A stretch of DNA of 64,000 nucleotides from Squalus acanthias (taxonomy: Eukaryota), in contig CM059434.1 of assembly GCA_030390025.1 (NCBI GenBank), positions 131,502,001 through 131,566,000 on the forward strand. Direction: 5' to 3'. The translations under genes and the position numbers were made by a program. A model generated the notes under the pieces. The model saw nothing but the letters and a program-made list of their open reading frames with translations, was not told the DNA's origin and did no database searches. Shown one piece after another: positions 49,543 to 60,513 of this stretch (positions are counted from its first letter, which is position 1; each line of letters starts with the position of its first letter).

Positions 49543-51068
49543 AACATAATATCTTCCCCAAGAAAGAGCAGTTAATGCCTGTCGAGGTTAGCTGATTGTT
49601 ATTATCAGTGATTGGAGTAGGAGAGAGAAGTTAAGCCTGCAGGTGTTTGCAAAACTAACTGAAATTAAAGGAAAAATGTTGACTTTTGGACTCTGGTTTG
49701 GTGGCCCACTTCCTGACCAGCCAGAGAGTCCCTCATTGCCACAAGCAGCTGGATCATGGTAGCAGCTGCAACACCGAAAAGATGATGTTGTCCCGGTCAT
49801 GCTACATGCCTGTGAACTTTATCAGACTTGCAACCTGCCCAGACAGGGAGCTCCTAAACTTCTAGCAGCAGGAGCACCGAAGGGAATTTACATCCGAATC
49901 CAGGGCGTTCACCAACACCGCTGGCAAAAGGGTTACTGACTGAAGACATTGATCCGGGTCGAAATAGGCGACCGTGAGTGCTATTTAAATATTATTGTGA
50001 TATTCGTGCTAACCAAGTAAATGAGCTCTGACTAATAAATTTGTTGAAACTAAATACATGTGTTGCTTATGAAGACATTGTAGTCTGGTGTGGTTGTTTC
50101 TGGGCCCAAAGTAGGATCTCAGCTGGGAGCTGGACTTTCAGGACCGAATATTATAAATTTATCAATTTCATATCCTTTGATGTATTGGTGTTTAGGTACA
50201 GCCGGGATGGACTCCCTTTACATCATGAGACATTAATTTATTTATAAGTATATTCCTTTCACATCAAGCGAAAATCATAAATATAATTTTAGTCCGTGAA
50301 TATTTTTAACTCTTTGGAGTCTAACAGTCAGAGCATTGTCATGTGATGATGAAGGCTATTGTATGTAATTTGTAATCAGGTCTAATATTGTTCAAATTGA
50401 AAGCAGCCCATGAACAGAGAAAAATTGTTAGACTGGGAAAATGAAATCCATTTTAGTCACTATCTGATACATATTGGCTATGGAATGTAACAAAAAGATA
50501 AAGAAATACAGTACTGCAGTCTCATACATGTTGGGTAACCACACATTCCTAAATAGGTGCCGAATGAATGAAATCAGTGGTGAGGCCTCACACTGGAACA
50601 TTGTACCCAGGTGTGGAGACAGTATTTATGATTAGATTTAGAGGTAGTGGCCAGGATTCACAAAGGGGGAATCAAAAACAGATTCAAGTATTAGATCAAC
50701 TTATGACGAGAGTTTATAGAACTAATTATGTTCTCATCGGGGAAGAAAATAATTGAGGAGATGGCACAATCCAAGACTTTGAACAAGTAAACAGAATCCA
50801 TAGGCTGATTGTAGAGAGGTAGTTTGTGCAGAATCTGGAGTTGTGCTAAGCTAGGGAGATTTACAATATCTGGAGTATTTTATTGGTACTTTATATCACC
50901 AACAGTCAAATCAGTGAATGTGAGCATTTCCATTAGCCTAAAGGAGAGTTGGTAGATACCTGGGTCCAGCAGAGGAGGAAGGATTATGGTTCAGGGTCAT
51001 CATGGAGTTTGAAAAGAGACAGTGTTCCTCATGGAGCAAACTATTAAGTTGGCAGTGAAACCACTTAC

Positions 51069-51173
51069 CACATGTGCCTTTTATGAGGAGGAAGAGCACA
51101 AGAGGAATAATACAAGCTGTTCCACCACATATGGAAAGTAAAATGAGTAGCATCCAGAAACGCCCATCATGAT
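51069..51173 (-). CDS. Transmembrane exon of IgSF receptor
   Basis: Acceptor ATTTTTACAG, donor GTAAGT; 105 nt, phase 1-1; (D)HDGRFWMLLILLSICGGTACIIPLVLFLLIKGTC. Confidence 0.85.
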
Positions 51174-52139
51174 CTGTAAAAATATGAATTGTGAAATCAC
51201 CATATGCGTGGATCATGAAGGCAACCCCCCAAAACTCAAACTCACTTTCAATACATTCAGCCTTATTATGCAAACTGACTTCTTGCAGCAGTTTATTGCC
51301 CAGCTCCACCCTCTTTCTCATCTCCATCAATGGGCCATTACAGAATGGGTCATCATTCATAGTTTCTTTATTGTTGTAATGCAGCTTTTATATTGTATCA
51401 ATGCATGAAGTTCCATATAACTCTTATTTGAGTTGCCAATCTGAGATTGATCTGACTTTTGGCTAGTGGTGTGATACCGCCTTGAGGAGTAACCTTGCTG
51501 TTTGGACTCCACACAAGCTGTGGTATGATTGCAACTAGTGTGAAGCCATCTGAACTTACTTTTTAAATTTGAAAAGCTCATGTGCAGTCTGCTGGGGCGA
51601 GGGGCCAAGATTAACATCTGTAGAGATATTTATTTTTCCAAGTAAAAATGTAGGCCCTGAAAGTCTATGGGGGTTCAATCTAGGCAGTTACACCGGGATC
51701 AAGCCTGCCGTGGATCTCTGCAATTGATCCTGACAAAGTTTGTGGGGTCAGGGGAAGAGGCCTTAAGGAGCGAGCCTTCATTGGTATGGGGTGTTCCCCT
51801 TGTCGAACATGATGGAAATACTGGTAGGAGCTGGACAGCCTGTGGGGTGGGGTGTATCAGGGAACCGCTTTAAGAAAGATGATTCTCCCCCTTATCTTCT
51901 CTTTAGGAGTCCAGGCGAGCTCCACTTCTGCCAGTTTTGGTCAGGTGCGCTGGGTGAAAACCAGGTATACCTGCACCAGTGCCATGCAGGGTCCTGACCG
52001 AGGTGGTCACCAGGCTCAGCCCACCACCTTATGTTGATAACCTTATAGAGGTGGGAAAGGATCCGACCTCATATGACCAACCCGGAAAATGTGACTTAAG
52101 GCAGGTTCCAGCCAAGTTTGCATGCTGAACTTACACCAG

Positions 52140-52925
52140 GGGGGCGGTTTTCCCAGCCCTGGGGAAGCAGGTATGAAGGCGGGACTGCTGGGAAAATGGC
52201 AGAATCTGGGTGCGGGTACCCATCCCGCCCCCAACCCACCTCTGTGCCATCTTCCCGGGAGGCGGGTACCCGACTCGCGCCAGGTCCCGTCTCCTTGAGG
52301 CGGGAAGGGGATTAGTGCCAATTAACTGCCTGTTAACAGGTAGTTAACAGGCAGTTTTTTGGAGAATCCCTATTTTGAGCCCTAAAGTGTGGGCTTCCCG
52401 ACGGCTCCGAACCTCGCCAGGGTCAGCGAGGCGAGCCGAGCCGTGGGTCTGGTGTGCAGGTGAGTGATGAGTGCAAGTGTGGAGAGGTAAGTGTGTGAGG
52501 TGAGTGTAAAGTGTTTTAATAAGATTACTTACCTTTGCTTCTTCCTCCAGGCTTCATCCCTTTTGGCTGCGGAGCTGCCTCATCTCACCGGCAGAGATGA
52601 CAGAATGGCTGCTGCATTCTCCGATGCAACAGCCATCTGATTTCTGCTCAGGAAAGAGGTTTGGTGAGTCTGGAGTACAAGGACTCACCAAAGAACAGAG
52701 ATTGTCAGTGTTTGACAGCTTCTCAACGCTGTCAAACGATGACAATTCATCTGTCATACGCTGACGTTCTCTGTCACCGGCTTTCCCTTAATTGGCCTGC
52801 TAAGCGGGCTTAAGGTCAATCAAGGGAAAATAGCGTGGGTTGGCCGAACGTCGATGGAAGCGGGACTAAAACCCGACAAGCAGCAGTCCCGACTCCATCA
52901 AGTCCCCATTGATAAAATCACCCCC
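52140..52925. mobile_element. Harbinger-like MITE, family A copy 2
   Basis: Colinear with 33876-34633; G-run and C-run termini; probable TSD CAG. Confidence 0.78.
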
Positions 52926-54929
52926 CAGGAGTCTGCCGGAAGACTCTCAGATTTGTGGAGCCATACTTTTTATTTGGCAAGGGTTCACATGGCTGCTTTT
53001 ATTTTTTTTGCATATGTGTCACCACACTTAAAAAAACCGAATCCACCTGTCCTCTCTAGTTCCAGCATTTTCTGTTTATTAACAGATTTCCATTTGCCGT
53101 TTTTATTGAATTCCTTTTTCTTTCTAACTGTTGATTTTTTTTTTTTTATGAGGTGTTCTGTTGGTGAGACCCTCATCTTTAATCTCAATCTTCTATGTGA
53201 TACTAATTGTCTCTTCATTGTATCCTAATTCCTTATTTATTTTTGATTGCTTTAATACATTTGAATGGTTTAATCTACGACTCCACCTTCTATGTGGTTT
53301 GTAGGCTTTTTATTTTTCTTTAAAAGCCAAATGCATAAAGTCACTTGACTGCATTACACCTGGTCTCACACGAACTGAAATGCAATCCGCTCAGCTCAAA
53401 ATACTTACAGAACAACACTAGAGACCACAGGAGGCTTAGTTTTAGCTTTTACTTCACCAATGGACGGAAATGGAAATTTCAAGGTGTGATAAATTAACAC
53501 TAATGTCTATTTTGAGACTGTGTGACCTATGAAGCAATCCGTTAATCATCTATTTAAGTTAGAATCGAATGAATCCTTCAGGTCCTGGAATTAATGACAA
53601 ATTTTCCAGAAATGTATATCCATTGAGTTCCATATTTTTCAAGATTAAAATGGGCAATGAAAAGAAAGAACTTCCCTCTTCCCTGAAAACATTCGGATGA
53701 ATCTGCAGCTATTCCATTGCTTTTCTGTTCTTCCTAGAATGGGGTGACCAGAACTATAAAGGAGAGACTTGTATCTATATCGCATATTTCATTTCCTCAG
53801 AAGGTCCCAAACCACTTTACAACCAATTGATTACTTTTGAATCCTATGAAAGGTGTGATTAACAATTAAAACAAGGTGAGGAGACACTCAACTGCCAAAG
53901 TTTATTTTTCCAAGTAAAACCTTTGAAGTGCAGTCATTGTAATATAGGGAAATGCAGTGGCCAATTTGCACAAAGCAATATCTTACAAATAGTAGCAAGG
54001 TGCACGATCAGATAATTCATTTTTGGTTGGGGAAGGAATGGTGGTCAAGACACCTGGCAAATTCCCTGCTCTTCTTCAATACTAACTAACGTCTCATCTG
54101 ACAGTGCAACACTCCCTCAGTACTGCACTAGATTGTCAGCCTAGATTATGTATTCATGTCTTTAGTGAGGTTTGAACTCACAACCTTCTGACTCCAAGGT
54201 TAGAGTGCTGCAAACTGAGCCAAACTGACAGTTGAGGAGTAATTTTCTGACTTCACATTCCCCGTGTACAGCATCACCTCCCTTGTGTGCTTAAGTTTGA
54301 GCACACACTGTGCGTAATTTTCCAACTATTTAAATTAATGGTCAGAAAATTGTATGCTGTGTGCACTGGAATTTCTGATACATAATTAAAAAATGAGGTG
54401 CCAAGATATTCCATATTTCCAGACCCTTGCACTGAAGGTATATTCATCCGGTTTCTATTCCACCATCACAGACTTGTTTGGTAAAAACTTCAATGATAAA
54501 ACTACTGTGACACAGTTCCTTCTGTCTTTTGAAAGCTTTGCTTAAATAGGGCAACTATTTTTTGACCTTAAAATATTGTTTGTTCTATTTTACAATCATC
54601 CATATTGCATAACTCAAACTTCACTAAGGCATGTATTCCCTTCCTGTAAAATCCAAGCCCGGTTGTTAGTCCAGAGCTACATTGTTTAACCTGAATTTCT
54701 TTTTAATTTTCTCCTTTTTTCTCCGTCCTTTCATGAAGGTGCTGACTCATACAAGGATAAGGATCTGAGGTGTCGGTGTGCCTCCTGTAGCTTCATCCAG
54801 GTATAGGGTGGCTGCCTGATCCGTTTTAAACTGGACAGTTCCGTTCTGGGGGTGCGTGCCCAGTAACTTTGATCACTGAAAACCAGACAACAGAGTTCTA
54901 GTTTTGATTACTCCATTTAAAAATAAACA

Positions 54930-55330
54930 CCATGCATGTGTGGCTCTGTGCATATGTGAGCAGGTCCATACGTGAACAAACAATGTCCATGTGGCTCTGC
55001 ATATGTATGAACAGGTCTTCTGTAACTCCAAGCAGTGCTTGTGTGGCTCTGTGCATGTGTGAGCAACAACAACAGCTTGCATTTATATAGCGCCTTTAAA
55101 GTAGTATAAAGTCCCAAGGCGCTTCAAGCGAGTGTTATCAAACAAACTTTGACAGGTCCTTCGCATGTACAAGGAGTGCTTGTGTGGCTCTGTACATGTA
55201 TGAACAGGTCCTGTGCAAGTCCAAGCAGTCCATATGTGGCTCTGTACATGTATGAGCAGGTCCTTTGCATGACCATGCATGTATAACCAATGGCCGTGTG
55301 GCTCTGTGCATGTGTGAGCAGACCCATGCA
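54930..55330. repeat. Degenerate ~45-bp tandem repeat with an L2-type tail fragment inside (~55066-55152)
   Basis: Recurring 'tgtggctctgtRcatgtRtgaRcaggtcc'. Confidence 0.7.
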
Positions 55331-55589
55331 GTGAATACCGAAAACATGGAAATTCTTCAGATTCTGTTGATACATGAACAATTGCTAATGTTTCAGGTGC
55401 AATGAATGAATCAGAAAGTACATGAAATACACAACTGATCCCTGCCCTTACAGATGGAGTTTTTCCTCTTTGTTAGTGTCTTTTATCCAATGTTTAGATA
55501 AAATGGATGATTGGTCGGAGTGAAATGATTTTTGTTTTGGTCAGCCGGGTGTCTAACACACATGGTAGCCCCATCAATCATGCTTAAGC

Positions 55590-58500
55590 ACACTGGGTAA
55601 TCCACACAAATAACATTTCTAATTGCCCGACATGGAGTGCACATTTCTTCCTAACGGGGCACACTCCTTGATCTAAAGTCAGAGGGCCAAAAATGTGTTT
55701 GCCCTGAAAATGAGCGGGGAAGCTCCAGGCAAATGTGTAAAATCCCATGGGTGCAGATAGCCGCTTTGGTGAAGTCCAGCAGTATAGCCTCGAGGACCAG
55801 GCAGTGCAGGAAGAAGTTTAATGACCTGACACGGGTGATCAAGGTCAGTGAATTAATCATCAAATGCCATATCCCACCATCTGCACAATTAGCTTCACAC
55901 ACTATTCAAGGCACCACACCCCCATCACTCACCTACCAACAATCTCTATCAAACGCGACTCATACCTCACATTCATAGCTTCACCTCACCCTCACACACT
56001 TACCACTGCTGCAAGCCTCACACCCACATCTCACAGCTTGCACACACTGGCAGCTATTCAACCATGACAGGCACATCACCCAAACACATTGCACCGCACT
56101 CACTGACACACTTCCCTTTCTCTTGCAGGAAAAGGTGGCGCATAACAGACGACAGCAGACCTTAACCGGTGGGGTACAGGCTCGCCTGCATCATCTCACC
56201 TCCTTGGAGACAACGGTGCTGGCCATTGTTGGCAGGGGCATGGCTGAGCCTGTGGCCAGCGGCCAGGCTGAAAGAATACAAGATGCCTCGTACGTAATCC
56301 TCCTTCTCACATCTCTTCTGATTTACAAGCTGCACATGGTGTAAGTGTGCACCTCTTGCTTTCCCCCCCATTTCCACACCACAACCCTACCCTTATGCCT
56401 TTCTCCATTCAGATAGCCAAGAACTGACACCTGGCCAGGCACTGGTGGAGCAGCACGAACTAGAAGAGCACCAAGGCACTGATGAAGAAGACACAGCACC
56501 GTCACTCGATTTCACACTCACAGCCACCAGCTCAGATACTGACACTCCGCGTAGTTTAGAGAATAGGTAGAAGCGGGATCTACATGTGGTGAGACACCGG
56601 ACACGAGTGGCCTGTAGCCAGGGCAGGGGGAAAAGGGTAGCGCAGGTGCCAGCTCCCCGGAGGGCGAGGTCGCACACGAGTTCTGCTGCAGAGGACTCAG
56701 ATGAGGACTTTGATGGGGCGGCCTACAGAAGAACGCTGATGGGTATGCACAGTGAAACGCTTTGTGCATTGGCAGGCCTGCCAGAAAGCCTGAGTGCAGT
56801 GTCAAGGAGCACGGAGGAGTCCGGCACCAACCTTACACAGGGCTTTGCGCAGAGCTTGGAGCCAATGATTTCCAGCATGGAAGTGATGGGCAGCTCCATT
56901 AGCGCACTTGTGGACCCAACCATGATGCAGCGTCTGATGGCCGATGTCTCAGCTTCCATTGCAGCACAAGCACAAGCCACCCAACGTCTGAGTGCTGCAG
57001 CGGAAGCTCAGACTGCTGCCATCGTGGCTGCATTTACCAGTGTGGAAAGGGGCTTGCAGGGTGTCTCAGCAGTCCAGGAATCTATCCTCCAACAGATTAC
57101 TAGGATTGTTGAGGCGTCGCCTCGGGGAGTTGCAGTGGCTCCGTGGAGCACAAACCTGCTTTCCTCTCTCACGATGACAGCATTCGTCCTCCCACCACTG
57201 CCATTCCACCAGTGCCCTTGATGTTGCTGGTCAGCCAGCCCAGGCTGCTGCCGCCTATGCCGAGGTGATACAGTTCGCAGCCGGGCCTTCTACACCCAGA
57301 GCTGCTCGAGGCCATCCTGCAAGGCCATCTTCAGCCTCCCCCACTGAAAGTCAGCAGAGTTCCAGCAGCTATGCTGCAGCCACTGGGGTAGCACTTTGTT
57401 GGAGCACTAGGCAAAGACATATTGAAAACAGGCAGTAAGGGAATGCACAAGGGTGATTAGTTGACTTTGTTATGTAATATTGGATGGATTGATGTATAAA
57501 GTTGGATTGGAATGTTTCATTTGTGGTGGCTTTTATTTCAGCATTGTGGCCAAGAGGATGATGTGATGTAGTTAACAGAGGAAAGGTAAGGTGTGGGACT
57601 ATTGTTGAATTGGGATTGCGTTCACTGGTACCGCAGTCTGATGAGTTGATCATCTACAGCCCGGGCAGAAACGGGCTGTCTAGGTTGCCTCCCTTTCGCT
57701 TCCTCCTCCTCAGTTGGTCACTGTATGCCCGGTGGCAAGGGCTGTTCCCTCATGGTGGCAAGGTTGTGGAGCAGCAGCAGACCATGACAAATCTTGAGAT
57801 GCGCTCTGGTGACTACTGCAGGGCTCCTCCAGAGCGGTCCAGGCAGCAGAAGCGTTGTTGAAGGATGCCATTGGTCTGCTTTATCAGATTCCATGTGGCA
57901 GTATTGCTTTCATTATATGCACGCTGCCCACGTGTGTGTGGGTTGCGCAGCAGAGTCCTGAGCCCGGTGATCAGTGGGTAGCCCTTGTCGCCCAGTAGCC
58001 ACCCTCTGGTTTGTCGTGGTGGCTCAAAGGCTGAGTGAACAATGGACTGACGCTGAATAAAAGCATCATGACTGAGCAGTCGATGGTGCCCTGCACCACG
58101 GGGAAGCCCGCTATCCTGGCAAAGCCACGTGCACGCACCGCCTGCTTCTCTCTGCACAGAGAGAAAACAATCATGTCCCCTCTCCTGGCATAAAAAGCGT
58201 CTGTCACCTCTGTCAGCCCCTCCTCCTCCCTCTCTGAGCAGCTTGTCCTCCTCTTTGCTGCCTCTGCTCCATCTCCCAGTCATGCTGCAGGCCAAGGGGG
58301 ATGACTATTACAGCACCCATGACTGGGAGCAAGTGGCTTGACTAGAACCCTTGAAGTCAGAACCAAGGCCTTCTCCACGTGCAGTGCCACTCCCTGTCAC
58401 CTCACCAACTTTAATCAACTCTGGAAAACTCCAAACACTTCCATAAACTTACACAGAGCTAGTCGAAATTAATCAGCAACTAACATTAGATTATGGGGGC

Positions 58501-58809
58501 ATTGGGGGGGGGGGGGGGGGGGAGGTCCTTGCTGCAGCTGAATGCATGTTCGTCTGTGCGAGGTTAAGACAGGGCGTTAGCTCCAGTGTTGAGGATGAAA
58601 ATGGCAGCGCTGGCCTCAAATCAACATTTGCACACTGATCGACGTATCTGCACACGCAACATACTTTCGGCATATGCTCCTAACGCCCACCCTACAACCC
58701 TCACCAAGATGGTGTCCGGCACAGCATGCACAAGAAGTGCGCGCGCGGACGGCGTGATCGACATGTCACAAAACGGCACCCGTAACGCTGAAAGTCGTAT
58801 TTCTAGCCC
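55590..58809. mobile_element. Decayed PIF/Harbinger transposon: spliced Myb/SANT-like gene (+) convergent with a DDE transposase remnant (-)
   Basis: Plus strand: WVQIAALV..RTRQCRKKFNDL|gtcagt...ttgcag|EKVAHNRR. Minus strand 57700-58300: AGFPVVQGTIDC, GWLLGDKGYPL, YNESNTAT..I.QTNGILQQRFCCLDRSGGALQ. Confidence 0.85.
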
Positions 58810-59583
58810 AGAGAGCTTAGGTGTGGATTGGCCAAATTAAGTGGTGCTGCTGGAATTTTACCAGCTGGAATTTTACCAGCTAAGGCTGTGTACCGTACCA
58901 ACACAAAGCCCTGGGAAGGTTCCCGTTGCCTTTTCAGGTTGGACCACCTGCACCTTAAGGCATTGGTTTCCAGGGCTGAATGTTAAACTCTAGTAGTGTG
59001 ATGGCTTTAGTTTAAACCATTTCCTTCTCCAGTCCGTGATGGTATTTGCCAACTGTTCAGTTTTAGAGCTTGAACTCCTGGTTACAATCGGACAATTACC
59101 AGCTGTTGCCCCGTTTCCATCGAGCAGCACGTCAGGAAGAATAGAGGATTGTGCTGACGAGGCTTTATTCAAATCGGAATGGAACAATGAGCTTCTCCGA
59201 GAAATAAGGTGTGACTAGAAGCAAAGTAACATCACTGGAGCACACAGTTTGAGCTGCCATTTTGGAGGCTACTTTGTGTGAAAAAAGAGAATAGAAACAA
59301 AGACTGAAATAACGTGACTTGATGGAAAGCATTAGTTATAGAACCAGAATGACTGGATAGTGTGCCGATATTAGTTACTCACTGGATAAGCTTGCTAAGT
59401 AATTTGGAGAGCTACAAAAAAGGTTTATTTAAAGGCAAGTATTCCGGTTAGCATGGGGAACAATTGCTCTGCTCGATCCTTGCAGCAACATCATAAATTC
59501 ATTCAGGAGGACCTCCTCTGTTTGGTATCTGTAGCAAAATCGTAAACGGGTCAACAAATCCATCGTGAACACTGCTTCAAGTA

Positions 59584-59889
59584 TGAGAAGTCGCACACCA
59601 CCAGGTTATAGTCCAACAGCTTTATTTGAAATCACAAGCTTTCGGAGCGCTGCTCCTTCGTCAGGTGAAGTGAAGAGATACATATAGGCACAGCAAGAAA
59701 GCAGACAAGATAATCATCTGGCTGTGTTCTGACTATATATGCTGTGCCTATATGTATCTCTTCACCGGAGGAAGGAGCAGCGCTCCGAAAGCTTGTGATT
59801 TCAAATAAAACTGTTGGACTATAACCTGGTGTTGTGCGACTTCTCACTTTTGTCCACCCCAGTCCAACACCGGCATCGCCACATCATGG
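59584..59889 (-). mobile_element. Penelope-derived inverted-pLTR (fold-back) element with hammerhead ribozyme
   Basis: Arms ~59584-59695 and ~59740-59846 are inverted copies; 12-bp TSD CTGCTTCAAGTA (59572-59583, 59890-59901); intact hammerhead core on minus 59636-59664. Confidence 0.85.
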
Positions 59890-60198
59890 CTGCTTCAAGT
59901 AGGACACAGGTTTAAACGTGTACAAGACACATTTACTACTGATGTCAGGAAATTCTTCCCACAGTGATATGGAACTTCTGGGTAGGATAGTGGAGACAAA
60001 AATCCTCTAATCAATGAGAAACAATGGGATGCCGCGATGTAGGGACAGGGACTATCATTATCTCGGTGGATGGATGGATTGGCCTTCTTTATCTGGGTCT
60101 ATCTTGCCCATAGCAATTCTTCCACCATGTATTAAAAGCAAATTGTACTCTTGCAAATAGACACTCTGAATAAGCTGATCGATGATGTTCGAGCCTAC

Positions 60199-60513
60199 CT
60201 TCACCCTTTGTGCGCACAGCAATGAGAATAGTGCGGCTTATCTTGGACTGCGATGCTGGGTGTTGAACTGTACAGGTGAATTCAGTGGAGTCGGTGCAGT
60301 TTTCGGTGGAGATGCTGAAGATTGCTGTGCGGTTGTAGGTTCCATCGGGGTTGGACGAGTTGTTGTCACTGGTGAGCTGGTTGGTGAGGCAGGTTGGTTG
60401 GATACTCCTGGTGATAATATTTGGATAGAACCCGTACGCTGAACATGTGACCGTAAGTGAAGGTGAAGAAGCAATTTCTTCAGCAGATGCAAGTAGCCAA
60501 AGAGAAGGACGAG
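60199..60513 (-). CDS. Ig C1-set domain exon of IgSF receptor
   Basis: Acceptor CTTTCATTTTATAACCAG, donor GTAGGC; 315 nt, phase 1-1; RPSLWLLASAEEIASSPSLTVTCSAYGFYPNIITRSIQPTCLTNQLTSDNNSSNPDGTYNRTAIFSISTENCTDSTEFTCTVQHPASQSKISRTILIAVRTKGE (C..GFYP, DGTY, FTC.VQH). Confidence 0.92.

Noticed and set aside
59102-59214. Exon-like segment (TTCTAG...GTAATT) in the receptor intron
   Set aside because: Open only in phase 0, incompatible with the upstream phase-1 donor; no recognisable domain.
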